Under the pieces are notes generated by a model. It did no database searches. It was not told where the DNA came from and was given only the letters and a program-made list of their open reading frames with translations. Below, piece after piece: positions 49,371 to 59,409 of a stretch of 64,000 bases of DNA. The DNA comes from Candidatus Aenigmatarchaeota archaeon (GTDB lineage Archaea > Aenigmatarchaeota > Aenigmatarchaeia > Aenigmatarchaeales > Aenigmatarchaeaceae): contig JBDRJK010000014.1 of the NCBI GenBank assembly GCA_043814985.1, positions 45,108-109,107 on the forward strand. The letters are read 5' to 3'. The first letter of the stretch is position 1, and every line of letters starts with the position of its first letter. The position numbers were made by a program, and so were the translations under genes.

Positions 49371-51731
49371 ATGGTCAAGGGATTAATCAAGTACGTGTGT
49401 ATCTTCTTGGTATTGCTATCCATACAGGGAGTTGTGTTTGCTCAAAATACTATATTTAATGAACCTTTCTCTGATTCTACTATAAACGGAACTATAGTTT
49501 TTAATGCAACTACTGATTATGATTGTGAAAATGCCACGTTCTTTTATTCTGATAATCCTATAAATCCTTGGCAGGAAATAGGAAGCAACACAACCAATGG
49601 AATAGAATTTACTTTAATTTTTAATACAAATAGTTTGTCAGACGGAATTTACAATTTTACAGTCAATTCTACTAATTCAACTCATGAAACCTTTGATACA
49701 AGTACAAACGTAGCTATTGATAATCCACCAAAATGGTTTAATGAAACTACTTCTCTTACTTCAGGTTTAGAGTATTCTCCAAATCAAAATTATCAATTCA
49801 ATATAACTTGGACTGATGGTTCTTTAGACCAAGTCTTTTTCGAGTCCAATTATACTTTAAATGCTAGTGAAGCTGGGACCATGACAAATTATACAAATCC
49901 CACTATTACCAATTCTTCCGGAGTATTTTCAATAGTTCTAAGTGATATACCAGCACAATCTTTTCTTTACAGATGGATTGGTAATGATTCTTCATCTAGT
50001 GAAAATTCCACAGAAGAATCAACTTATATAATTAGTGAAAACTCTTCAATACCAATTATTTTAACTCTTGATGGAGCTGAAGAAGATAAATCTTATAATT
50101 TAAATCAAAATGCTACATTTGAAGCAAGTCTTAATATTCCCAATAAAAATATTTATTTAAATTCCAGCTCCCCTTGTTGGACAAATTTAACCAGTGCAAC
50201 TTCTCTTGCTTCTAATACAACTAATTTGACATGTTCTGGTTTTTATAGCCTCACTGCCTATTGGAATGGTGATGAGAACTATACATCATCTGAAGTAACC
50301 TATTATTTTGACACAATAGCACCGCAGTATAGTAATATGTTTCCTTCACTCCAATCAGGAGAATATGCATCAAACAAGACATATTGGTTTAATATAACTT
50401 GGACAGCAGCAACCATAGAAGATGTTCAGTTTGGATTTAAAGATAATTCATCAGAATTTTCATTGTATAATTCATCAGATATTCAGAGCTCTTCAGGAAT
50501 TTATTCAGTTAATATAACAGATTTGCTCGTAGGAGATTACACTTATTTTTGGTGTGCAAATAGAAGCAGCACAGAGAACATAACAAGCTGCACTAATAAC
50601 ACAATGTTCAATGTGACTAAGAAAGCTGGTAGTCTTCTTATGTTTTTTGATAATAATCCAATAACCGATGGCGCATCAACAACTGTCACATGTTCAAAAT
50701 TAAATGGAGATAGTTCATCTATCATAACTTTATACAAAGATAGCGTTTCCGTTGATACTAATACAATTTCTGTAGTTAAAACTTATTCTGGTACGTTAAC
50801 AGAAGGGACATACAGCTTTACATGTACAATGAATGAAAGTCAAAACTATACATTATACACTTACCCACCGACAAATTTAGTTGTAGATCCAGCAACATTT
50901 ATTATAGAAGGAGGTCAAGCCGGTACAGATAACACACCAGCTTCTACTTCTGGTGCATTCACAATCACACCTTCAGAATCAAAAATAACAGTTGGGGTTG
51001 GCTCAAGCAAGGAAATGACATTTGTTTTGAAGAATACCCGTACTCTCGATGATGTTTTAAATATAGTAATTACTGTTTCAGGCATATCACCAGACTGGTA
51101 CTCTTTGGACAAAGAAACAATAGCTAAATTAAGGCATGGCGGCGGTTCTGAAACTATTAAAATGATCTTGAACATTCCAGAGAATGCTAGTAAGGCAACA
51201 TACAGCATGAGAGTAAAGGCTAGTGGAGAAGATATAGATGGAAGCAGTTCAATGGTACAAACTTCTCCAGTCCAATTGGTTGTAGGCGAGCCGTCAGAAG
51301 AAGTGGTTGAAGCTGTTTTAGCAACTCAGGAGGCTGCTCCTGAAAACGAGACAGAAGAAGGCGCTCCAACAGGCTTCTTGCCATTCAGTTCAGAATACGT
51401 TCCGTACATGGTTCTTTTGGTGGGAGCAATAGTTTCAATAATGGTTTTCCTTAAGAGGGATGACATAACTGCTGGCCTTATGGGCATTAGCGGTGTCAAG
51501 GCCCCTAAAAGACAAACACGTAAAAAGGTAGAGAAGAAAGCTAAAAAACCTTCTTTCAGAGATTTTGACTGGAAGCTTTCCGTTGGTCTCAAAAAGGAAA
51601 AGAAGCCAAAGACCCTTGAGATACCATCTGCAGAAAGAGAAGAGGTGCTTGAAAGGGAGATCAGCAAAGACATAAAGGAACTGAAGAACATCATGGAAGC
51701 TGAAAAGAGAATAAAGAAGCGCAAGAAATAA
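49371..51731 (+). CDS. Membrane-anchored surface glycoprotein with basic cytoplasmic tail
   Basis: Signal peptide, many sequons, Ig-like repeats, PTGF + TM, Lys-rich tail. Confidence 0.82.
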   Translation: MVKGLIKYVCIFLVLLSIQGVVFAQNTIFNEPFSDSTINGTIVFNATTDYDCENATFFYSDNPINPWQEIGSNTTNGIEFTLIFNTNSLSDGIYNFTVNSTNSTHETFDTSTNVAIDNPPKWFNETTSLTSGLEYSPNQNYQFNITWTDGSLDQVFFESNYTLNASEAGTMTNYTNPTITNSSGVFSIVLSDIPAQSFLYRWIGNDSSSSENSTEESTYIISENSSIPIILTLDGAEEDKSYNLNQNATFEASLNIPNKNIYLNSSSPCWTNLTSATSLASNTTNLTCSGFYSLTAYWNGDENYTSSEVTYYFDTIAPQYSNMFPSLQSGEYASNKTYWFNITWTAATIEDVQFGFKDNSSEFSLYNSSDIQSSSGIYSVNITDLLVGDYTYFWCANRSSTENITSCTNNTMFNVTKKAGSLLMFFDNNPITDGASTTVTCSKLNGDSSSIITLYKDSVSVDTNTISVVKTYSGTLTEGTYSFTCTMNESQNYTLYTYPPTNLVVDPATFIIEGGQAGTDNTPASTSGAFTITPSESKITVGVGSSKEMTFVLKNTRTLDDVLNIVITVSGISPDWYSLDKETIAKLRHGGGSETIKMILNIPENASKATYSMRVKASGEDIDGSSSMVQTSPVQLVVGEPSEEVVEAVLATQEAAPENETEEGAPTGFLPFSSEYVPYMVLLVGAIVSIMVFLKRDDITAGLMGISGVKAPKRQTRKKVEKKAKKPSFRDFDWKLSVGLKKEKKPKTLEIPSAEREEVLEREISKDIKELKNIMEAEKRIKKRKK

Positions 51732-51763
51732 AACAATTAAAATCTTGGATTCTAAATATATTC

Positions 51764-51931
51764 ATGAAGAAAGCCATTATTCTGTGCTTGGTAGTATTCA
51801 TTATATTAGTGGCAACATTGGACCTGCCACCGAGCATAACAGGTTTTGCAGTAAAGGTTACATCAACAGTGGTGACAATAGTCAAGCAAATACTGAAGTC
51901 AGTTCTTTTAGCTATTGCAAACATGTTGTGA
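51764..51931 (+). CDS. 55-aa small membrane protein (not in ORF track)
   Basis: MKKAIILCLVVFIILVATLDLPPSITGFAVKV...ANML; hydrophobic segment followed by ITGFAV. Confidence 0.6.
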   Translation: MKKAIILCLVVFIILVATLDLPPSITGFAVKVTSTVVTIVKQILKSVLLAIANML

Positions 51932-52805
51932 TAACAGGTTTTTCATCTACAATTACTGTGTGTTCTGACTGCGCAACAGGCTTCCCAGAAACTTCTTTCA
52001 ACGGGTCGTAACCATACAAGGCATTGGAATTAGTCAATTCTCTCAAGGCAAGTTCAACCTTCAGAGGTGAGAACTTTTTCTGTATCCATCTCTTGGCAAA
52101 AGGCAGTCTCTCGAACTCGGTTCTTGCAAGCTCTAGAATTTTCCTCGCTTCCAACATTCTCATTGGTCTGTCAACAATCCACCTGAATATCATGGGCTTC
52201 CCAGAATCCTTCACAACCCCGTTGCCAGCAGTGCAGAATGGTTCGACACCATACACCTCTCCCTCTCTCAGCTGGTATTTAGAATCGTTCTTGATATTGG
52301 GTATGATTGTTCCAGCATGGATGTCGTACCTGTCTATGCTGTGGCCTGTCAGGTTCCTTATTGCCTTGAAGCCGAACTCACTGCAGACATTCTCGACTGC
52401 CTCTCCAATATCTCCTATGGTCGTCCCGGGCTTGAACATTAACATGGCTTTCTCAAGCATCTTCTCAGAACATATTATCAAATCATCCTTGCCGGCAACC
52501 CTTACTGTTCTTGCAGTATCACCGATGTAACCGTCAATATGAACGCCCACGTCGATTTTTACATAGTCCTCCTCGTTGATGACAGTCTTGTCATTCATTT
52601 GTGGATGCCAGTGAGCTGCAATGTCATTGATGGAAATGTTAACGGGGAATGCAGGCTTGCCTCCAAGCTCCTCTATCTTCTTGTCAATCTTTTCTGCAAT
52701 CTCAACAGTAAGGACATCCTTCTTCACAAGGCCACAACCGAAATCCAGGACATGGGCTGCTATTTTCCCTGCTTTAATGTAGTTATCTAAAATTTCTTTT
52801 TCCAT
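51912..52805 (-). CDS. map: Methionine aminopeptidase type II
   Basis: AFPVNIS, KIDVGVHIDGYIGDTA, NLTGH, EPF, QSEHT. Confidence 0.93.
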   Translation of the reverse strand: MEKEILDNYIKAGKIAAHVLDFGCGLVKKDVLTVEIAEKIDKKIEELGGKPAFPVNISINDIAAHWHPQMNDKTVINEEDYVKIDVGVHIDGYIGDTARTVRVAGKDDLIICSEKMLEKAMLMFKPGTTIGDIGEAVENVCSEFGFKAIRNLTGHSIDRYDIHAGTIIPNIKNDSKYQLREGEVYGVEPFCTAGNGVVKDSGKPMIFRWIVDRPMRMLEARKILELARTEFERLPFAKRWIQKKFSPLKVELALRELTNSNALYGYDPLKEVSGKPVAQSEHTVIVDEKPVITTCLQ

Positions 52806-52809
52806 AATA

Positions 52810-53544
52810 TCATTCCTTTGTGGCCTCAACACCAAGACTTTCAAGAGCCATTCCATTGTATTGTTCCTTGCTTATACTCTTGTTTTCTTTTATTATTTTC
52901 GTGTTGAAACCAGCTTCCTTGATTTTCTTAATGTAATCATCCCTCATAAGAGCTCCTGCAACACAGCTTGTGAGAAGGTCAATGTCATTCTTCTGCTCTT
53001 CCTTCAACGCTTCAAGCAGGACTATGTCAGACACGAACAATTTGCCACCTTTTCTGAGAACCCTAAAAGCCTCTTTGAAAACTTTGGACTTGTCTGGGGA
53101 GAGGTTTATTACGCAGTTGCTTATTATCACGTCAACTGAGCTATCATCTATTGGAAGATTCTCTATCTCCCCCAACCTGAACTCAACGTTTTTGAATCCA
53201 TACTTTTCAGCATTTCTGCGAGACATCTCTATCATTTTCTCTGTCATGTCAATCCCTATTATCCTCCCGCTGCTACCAACCTTTTTTGCAGCTATGAAAC
53301 AGTCAAGGCCAGCACCGCTACCCAAGTCAAGGACTATATCGCCTTTCTTTATTTCTCCTAAGGCTGTAGGATTGCCGCATCCAAGACCCATGTTGGCCTC
53401 GGGTGCAACTCCTATATCATTATCAGAATAGCCAATAGATTTTGATATGTCTTCGCTGCGCGTTTTACAGCTACAGCAAGATCCATTTTCTGCTATTTCA
53501 CCGTATTTTTCTTTAACAAACTTTTTTACTTGATTTTCTTCCAT
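52810..53544 (-). CDS. arsM: Arsenite methyltransferase
   Basis: CC, GLGCGNP, DLGSGAG, ISNCVINL, CVAGA. Confidence 0.88.
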   Translation of the reverse strand: MEENQVKKFVKEKYGEIAENGSCCSCKTRSEDISKSIGYSDNDIGVAPEANMGLGCGNPTALGEIKKGDIVLDLGSGAGLDCFIAAKKVGSSGRIIGIDMTEKMIEMSRRNAEKYGFKNVEFRLGEIENLPIDDSSVDVIISNCVINLSPDKSKVFKEAFRVLRKGGKLFVSDIVLLEALKEEQKNDIDLLTSCVAGALMRDDYIKKIKEAGFNTKIIKENKSISKEQYNGMALESLGVEATKE

Positions 53545-53870
53545 TGTAATCTATCTCCTATCTCAACCTTCAAATCAAAGGGAGTCTCCAAGATGTACTT
53601 GCATGGTTTCTGAGGTTTATACGTCTTCCATGTCTTTGGGTCATCAGTTATTGGTATGCCGTTCTTTATGTCGACTACCTTCTTTCCCTTGTCAATGAAA
53701 ATCATTTTTATGGGGTACTTGACAGCGAACATCCACAGCGACCACCTGGCCTCAAACTCCATTGGGAAAAGCATGTTCTTCCTCCTTGAAAAGCTCAGAC
53801 CCGTCATTCTTTTCATAAAATTGTCCGCGACTTCCGCCTCTATTGTCTGTCCGTTTACCTTGATTATCAT
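53526..53870 (-). CDS. DUF192 family protein
   Basis: EVAD...GL...MLF...WM....PI..IFID...YILE. Confidence 0.82.
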   Translation of the reverse strand: MIIKVNGQTIEAEVADNFMKRMTGLSFSRRKNMLFPMEFEARWSLWMFAVKYPIKMIFIDKGKKVVDIKNGIPITDDPKTWKTYKPQKPCKYILETPFDLKVEIGDRLQWKKIK

Positions 53871-53905
53871 TTTATCATCAAATATTTTAATTGTTAGAAG
53901 TAGGA

Positions 53906-54139
53906 TTATTTTCTCTTCTTTCTAGACCTTACCTTTGTCTTCTTTTTCACAATCCTTCCAATGTTCCTTTCCAAATCTTTCCCTTCCTTTTCCAACATCC
54001 TCTCTACTTTTGCAAACTTCCTTTCAATTTTCTTCAGCTTGTTTATCTCATAAGCAAGATAAAGTATTAACACAACTACAAATCCAGAGAATACAATAAG
54101 CAAATCAACAATCGACACATAAACTCCAAATATGTACAT
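53906..54139 (-). CDS. Small single-TM protein with basic C-terminus
   Basis: TM + coiled coil + KKKTKVRSRKKRK; GGAGG SD before ATG 54139. Confidence 0.65.
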   Translation of the reverse strand: MYIFGVYVSIVDLLIVFSGFVVVLILYLAYEINKLKKIERKFAKVERMLEKEGKDLERNIGRIVKKKTKVRSRKKRK

Positions 54140-54140
54140 A

Positions 54141-54668
54141 TCAACCCCTCCAAACAAGATATAAACTAAATATTAAAATTATTATATAAATAATTATTAC
54201 AACATCAACAATTTCTCCCCCACCGCTGATGAACAGGTAATTTGCCTTGTGAAGAGTCAAGCCAGGGGATGTCAATCTCATGAACAGGGTGTATACCCCC
54301 TCTTCCGCGTTTATGGGAACCTCAAAATTAATGTTTTTTACAACACTCTTTTCAGGCCCCATGAAGTCTATGGTATCCTTGTACAGGGTCTGAACCGTTT
54401 GTCCCGTGTTTTCATTAAGCACAATCTCGCTAGGTATTTTAGTGTAGATTATGTCCCCGAATATCGGAACTCCGCCAGGGCTTAATATCTCCAGTTCAAT
54501 CTCAGCCTCGCTTATCCTGCCAAAACTCTCTATTTCAATTCTTATGGTTCCTATCTCTCCAGCTAGGTATGTGCTTCTGTCTGTGTAGATTTCCATTGTA
54601 GGTTCCTGCGCAAATACTGTTGCTGAAAAAACCAATATCAGAGCTAGTGCTAAAAAATGAAATCTCAT
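54141..54668 (-). CDS. Exported Ig-like protein with C-terminal TM
   Basis: Signal peptide, TDRSTY.AGE, C-terminal hydrophobic helix. Confidence 0.7.
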   Translation of the reverse strand: MRFHFLALALILVFSATVFAQEPTMEIYTDRSTYLAGEIGTIRIEIESFGRISEAEIELEILSPGGVPIFGDIIYTKIPSEIVLNENTGQTVQTLYKDTIDFMGPEKSVVKNINFEVPINAEEGVYTLFMRLTSPGLTLHKANYLFISGGGEIVDVVIIIYIIILIFSLYLVWRG

Positions 54669-54710
54669 AATACAATAATGCAGACCCCATTTTAAATTTT
54701 TAACATGTTC

Positions 54711-55832
54711 TTAAAACAGCAGATAAAACAAAGAAGCAAAGCCAGCCAGGATAAGACCCCTAGACAAGAAGACCAGCAGTATTATCAGCGAGAAGAAGAT
54801 TAGTTTTCCTATCTGCAATGCAATCTCCCTGAAAACTATAAACTCCACTATGCTCTTTTTGTTGGCCTTGTCATAGACCATTGCATTGTACGGTATGTCC
54901 TTGAAGCTGCTTATTATTCCGGATATGGAGTTTACCAAAATTATCTGCGGGCCTGTTGATGCAATGGATTTGAAAAACCATGTTACAGAATGGGCAACAG
55001 AACCTATCTTTAGTATGCTTCCCCTTTTGAATCTGTCGCACATCCTACCAACAATAAAAACAGTTATCAATGACAGGAAAGTTGCGATTGATGTTATTAT
55101 TCCTAGCGAGAGGTACGTGCCGACTATTAGGAAAATGAATATTGGCCAGATGACACCACTACCTCCCAGCTCAGCGCCGCTTCCCATGAATACTATGAAG
55201 TTCTTGGGGGAAGACGCTTTGAAGACCCTTTTCAAGGATACATCATGCCTTATTTTAACATCCTTCGAGTAGAACAGGGGTATCAGAGAGATGATGAGCA
55301 GGGAAGAGACAAAAAGGAAAAGGTAATAGAAACTAACAAATGATATTATCAATGCGCCGACCAATGGGCCGACCACATTCAATGTGGAGGTTATTAATCT
55401 GAGAATGCTGAATTCCTCACCCCTCAGTTTTTTATTGCTGAACCTGGCAAAATCGGTGTGAAAGGATATCCAGAAAAGAGAGTTCTGAACTGCTGCCACT
55501 AAAGCCAGCAATGCCAATGGCCAATTATATGACTGTATTGTATAAAGGAGTACGAAATAAAAAATCAGAAATGGTATGCTCAATGCAATTGAATGCTTCA
55601 GTCCTGCTTTCAGGGAGAACTTGGCTGCAAAGAACGAGAACACTGCATGAAAGACGCAGAATGTCATAAAGAACAGCAGCACCTCAACCAAAGTGTAGCC
55701 AATGTTCAAAAGATAAATCGGTACGAATATGCTTATCAAGGACATAGCAAATGTCCTTATGGCAACTGATAGATACAATTCTGAAAGTTCCCTGTTGAGA
55801 AAGTAATGAATCTGTTTGGTTAGACTAAACAT
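54711..55832 (-). CDS. MFS transporter
   Basis: Multi-TM; GRMCDRFKR motif A-like. Confidence 0.85.
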   Translation of the reverse strand: MFSLTKQIHYFLNRELSELYLSVAIRTFAMSLISIFVPIYLLNIGYTLVEVLLFFMTFCVFHAVFSFFAAKFSLKAGLKHSIALSIPFLIFYFVLLYTIQSYNWPLALLALVAAVQNSLFWISFHTDFARFSNKKLRGEEFSILRLITSTLNVVGPLVGALIISFVSFYYLFLFVSSLLIISLIPLFYSKDVKIRHDVSLKRVFKASSPKNFIVFMGSGAELGGSGVIWPIFIFLIVGTYLSLGIITSIATFLSLITVFIVGRMCDRFKRGSILKIGSVAHSVTWFFKSIASTGPQIILVNSISGIISSFKDIPYNAMVYDKANKKSIVEFIVFREIALQIGKLIFFSLIILLVFLSRGLILAGFASLFYLLF

Positions 55833-55838
55833 AAATTT

Positions 55839-58235
55839 TCACTTTTTAATAAAGCTTTTCAGGCTCTGCCCTAATAAATCTTCTTCTGTCACATTTAAAA
55901 CTGTTAATACTCTCAAGGCAGCTGGAATAATCTGCCGGCCTATGTAGTAATTATTATCTATGTCATTTAGTTTTACATGCTCGATTGGCTTTGCCCTGTC
56001 AGAAATAGAACCCTTGCCCTTGGTTATTACAAACATTATTATCATGCCTGCATAGACATCCTCCCCACTCTCCCTCATCCTCTTGGCGGCTGACACATGC
56101 GGACTCTTCAACTTGTAATCATCAATGTTCTTCACAAGCTGCTCATAGATTATCAAGTCCTTTAATGGAATCTTACCCTTCTTCAGATTGCTGATAACTT
56201 TCTGGACATGCCTTATTGACCCCTTTACGTCCTCTTTCATTAGAATCAGTTTCAAAACCTCTTCCTGTGTATCCTTTGCAACATTGCTCCAGTCCCTCCT
56301 GACTTTTTCCAATCCTCTAACAGTCAGCACACCTTTTTTGTCAATCAAAGCATATCTCTTCTTGGCAGTCCCAGGACCAACACCTCTTGGTATGAATATT
56401 CCCCTCATGTATATTCCCTGCAGATCAAGTTCCAGTATACCTGGTAGCAGCTTGTTAACTCTTTTCAAGAATGTTTTAACCTTTGAATTAAGATTGCCAC
56501 TTGTTTTAACAAATAGAGAGTCAGTGTCACCATAGACAACAGTGAACTTCTCCTTAACAGCTTCATCAATCACCTTTTTGATGTAGAACCTTCCGAATGT
56601 AGCTGCTGCCTCCGCACACTGCCTGCAGTACCACTTGCTTCCTGGAAATCCAAAGTAGCCGTAGGTTGCATTGGCTATGGTCTTGACAGCGAATTGCTCG
56701 TTATTGAGGATGTTGTATTCATTTGTATACTTCTTCATTTTTCCTTTAAGTTCAACCCTCTTTTCAATCAAGTCCTGAATTATTTTTGATACAAAACCCT
56801 TCTTCTTTTTGCAGAACCAGTAGTCTGTTCCAGGAACTTCATAACCTTTCTTCCTGCAGCACTTGCAGTTTAATGTTTCTGGGGAAATGTTGAAGCTGGC
56901 TATTATGGAAGGATATAGAGACTTGAAATCCAACACGGCGATGTTCTCATGCAGACCGCCAATAGGTTCCTTCACAAACCCTCCTACGTAAGATCGCATC
57001 TCTCTCCTTCTTTGTATTTCATCCCACTTGGGCTGGCTTGGTATGATGTGATTTAATTGGAAAGCCCTCTTGGAAAGATGCCACTCAACCAACTGAGAGT
57101 ACATCATCCTTGAAACATCAAACAGTGATTGGCCTGCCATTCTGGTTATGCTGTATATCTGAGGCAGTATGTAATAGCCAAGTTTCAGAGTCAATTCAGA
57201 ATCTTTGAGACAATATTCTGCCAACTTTGCCAGATGCTTTTTGGTCTTCCATGACTCCAGAATCTCTTGGTACTCGATCTCGATTTTCTTGTCACCTAGA
57301 AGTTCAGAAGAAACAGCATCAAGAGACAATACTTCTGTCTGCAATTGAGAAGCTAGAACATTGTTGATGAAAACAAACAAGTCAACATGAACCCTCCCTT
57401 TCAGCCTTGCTGTTGATGTCCTAGCCCTTCTAGAGAACTTCATTTTTGAGAAGTCTCTTGACAGCTTCAAGTCAACCTTTAATTCATCAGCCCTTTTCTG
57501 GATAAACTGCATGTCAAACATGTCACTGTTGTAACCTAGAATAATGTCAGGATCATAGTCTTGGACAGTATCCACAAAATTCTCTAACAGCTCTTTCTCG
57601 TTCCTAACCACTTTAACATGCTTTGGATACTTGCTTTTCTGGTATGTAATGACTTTTTTGAACTTGTCTCCCTTGAAGGATATCATTACTATTTTCTCTC
57701 CTACACACTCTATGTCAAATGCCAGCAGCTTCAATTTTGGTATCTTCCCGTTGGTGACAGGCTTTATTTTCCTAATCTTCAGGATATTGTCAGCTTGGTA
57801 TTTACCCTTTGTAGGCTTATCCTCGACTTCCACAAAGCCCATGCCGCTTATCTGCTTGTCAATAAGATACCTCCTGTAGAAGTTTATGGTGTATTCCCTC
57901 TCACCTTCTGTGAAGCCCTTCCTTTTCCAGAGCTTCACTACGTCCCTTACCTTTGTTACGTCAGTTGACAGGAAGCAAAAAACCTTGACGAATTTCCTCT
58001 TTTGCCCATCAATAAGCCTTTCTACAAGCTCTGCTCCCCTGATTTTAACGCTTCTTATGTTTTCAACCATCTTCTTCACTTCCCTTTCTTTGCCTTTTAT
58101 GGGAAGAATGTAGAAATATGGGTAAAAATCATAGTCCAAACAAACCACAGTCTTTCCCCTGTCCTTACAGAATAGTCTTATGACTGAACGGCCGTCCTCG
58201 TCAAAGTAATCCACGTCCAAAAGACAGAGTTTCAT
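55839..58235 (-). CDS. polB: Family B DNA polymerase
   Basis: FDIE, YNSDMFD, YCLKD exonuclease motifs; DFKSLYPS, KTIANATYGY, YGDTDS polymerase motifs; no intein. Confidence 0.96.
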   Translation of the reverse strand: MKLCLLDVDYFDEDGRSVIRLFCKDRGKTVVCLDYDFYPYFYILPIKGKEREVKKMVENIRSVKIRGAELVERLIDGQKRKFVKVFCFLSTDVTKVRDVVKLWKRKGFTEGEREYTINFYRRYLIDKQISGMGFVEVEDKPTKGKYQADNILKIRKIKPVTNGKIPKLKLLAFDIECVGEKIVMISFKGDKFKKVITYQKSKYPKHVKVVRNEKELLENFVDTVQDYDPDIILGYNSDMFDMQFIQKRADELKVDLKLSRDFSKMKFSRRARTSTARLKGRVHVDLFVFINNVLASQLQTEVLSLDAVSSELLGDKKIEIEYQEILESWKTKKHLAKLAEYCLKDSELTLKLGYYILPQIYSITRMAGQSLFDVSRMMYSQLVEWHLSKRAFQLNHIIPSQPKWDEIQRRREMRSYVGGFVKEPIGGLHENIAVLDFKSLYPSIIASFNISPETLNCKCCRKKGYEVPGTDYWFCKKKKGFVSKIIQDLIEKRVELKGKMKKYTNEYNILNNEQFAVKTIANATYGYFGFPGSKWYCRQCAEAAATFGRFYIKKVIDEAVKEKFTVVYGDTDSLFVKTSGNLNSKVKTFLKRVNKLLPGILELDLQGIYMRGIFIPRGVGPGTAKKRYALIDKKGVLTVRGLEKVRRDWSNVAKDTQEEVLKLILMKEDVKGSIRHVQKVISNLKKGKIPLKDLIIYEQLVKNIDDYKLKSPHVSAAKRMRESGEDVYAGMIIMFVITKGKGSISDRAKPIEHVKLNDIDNNYYIGRQIIPAALRVLTVLNVTEEDLLGQSLKSFIKK

Positions 58236-58312
58236 ATTATGAGTTAGGCTTTAGAATTAAAAAATCAAGGCACCAGTTATATTTTTATATAGGAAATTCA
58301 AATCTTATTCAT

Positions 58313-58795
58313 ATGGTTAATATAAAGAAATTTTTGATAATTCCAGTGCTTATTGTTGCATATGTATTCTTTATCACGATCTTTTCCACAGTGAATTTCA
58401 GTTCAGTACCAGTCGGAGGTTCTGGAGGTGGTGGAGAAGCCATAGGTCTTGGGGAATCTTTGAGTGTAAGCGTTACACGAGCCTATTTTTTCGGTCTAGT
58501 AAGACTACCAACATATTCAAGCGCTTTCGGATACATAGGTTTGTACCATGACCTGTTCTTTTACTTCATTATTTTGCTAACAGTAATCTTTATTATCCAA
58601 GAAATTAAATATAAAAAAAAGAGGAGAGGTGCAAAAATGGCTAAAAAAGAAAACCCTATAAACCCAATGAGAATTGTCATGCCAGTTGTATGGGGATTCG
58701 TCTTTGCTTTAGTGGCATACATACTTTCTGGTGACGCTTCGAGCATAGTGATAGGTTTATTAGTCGTGTATCTAGAATATAAACTAGGAAAATAA
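58313..58795 (+). CDS. Membrane protein, possibly two fused genes
   Basis: Four hydrophobic segments; in-frame ATG at 58637 with GAGGTG SD. Confidence 0.6.
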   Translation: MVNIKKFLIIPVLIVAYVFFITIFSTVNFSSVPVGGSGGGGEAIGLGESLSVSVTRAYFFGLVRLPTYSSAFGYIGLYHDLFFYFIILLTVIFIIQEIKYKKKRRGAKMAKKENPINPMRIVMPVVWGFVFALVAYILSGDASSIVIGLLVVYLEYKLGK

Positions 58796-58805
58796 GGTGT
58801 AAAAA

Positions 58806-59348
58806 ATGAATGACAAATATGTATTTGGATTGGTTGTTATAGCAACAACTATTTTTGCAACAATGTCTATAGTAAGCGATGTACTAGTAGGTTCCAGCGG
58901 AGCTCATTCAGCGTCATTGACATACAATACAGAGGTTTGTATTGATGTAAATGGTAAGCGAATAGGATGTTCTCCTAACCTGGTCACAAACGTGGGAAAA
59001 GAGTTCTTGGAAGGTTGCCTAGGTCAAGGAGGATGCGGAACACCAACAGCATTCACAACCTTAGCACTGGCAAACTGTACTAATGGTGTGGCTGTAGGAG
59101 ATACAACCTTGTGTAATGGCCAAGTTTGGTCAACATGTGGTCTAGGACAACAAGCAGGAACTTATGTGAACTTTGGAATTGGTCAATGGAATGTCACATA
59201 CACATGGACTTCTAGCTGTGACAATGCAATAGTAAATGCAACAGGTATGTACAACAGTACTCACTTGTTTGCAGAAAACATATTCACATCGGTAACACTG
59301 CAGACAAATGACCAAATAAACGTGACTTGGGGCATTTGGGTAACTTAG
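58806..59348 (+). CDS. Exported Cys-containing protein, phage-fibre-like patterns
   Basis: N-terminal TM, NLVTNVG, VTLQTNDQINVTW; AGGTG SD. Confidence 0.65.
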   Translation: MNDKYVFGLVVIATTIFATMSIVSDVLVGSSGAHSASLTYNTEVCIDVNGKRIGCSPNLVTNVGKEFLEGCLGQGGCGTPTAFTTLALANCTNGVAVGDTTLCNGQVWSTCGLGQQAGTYVNFGIGQWNVTYTWTSSCDNAIVNATGMYNSTHLFAENIFTSVTLQTNDQINVTWGIWVT

Positions 59349-59409
59349 TACAAGAAACTATAGAATTTTGTTTTGTTGTAGTTTTTTGTATATTTTTCTT
59401 TATTTTTCT

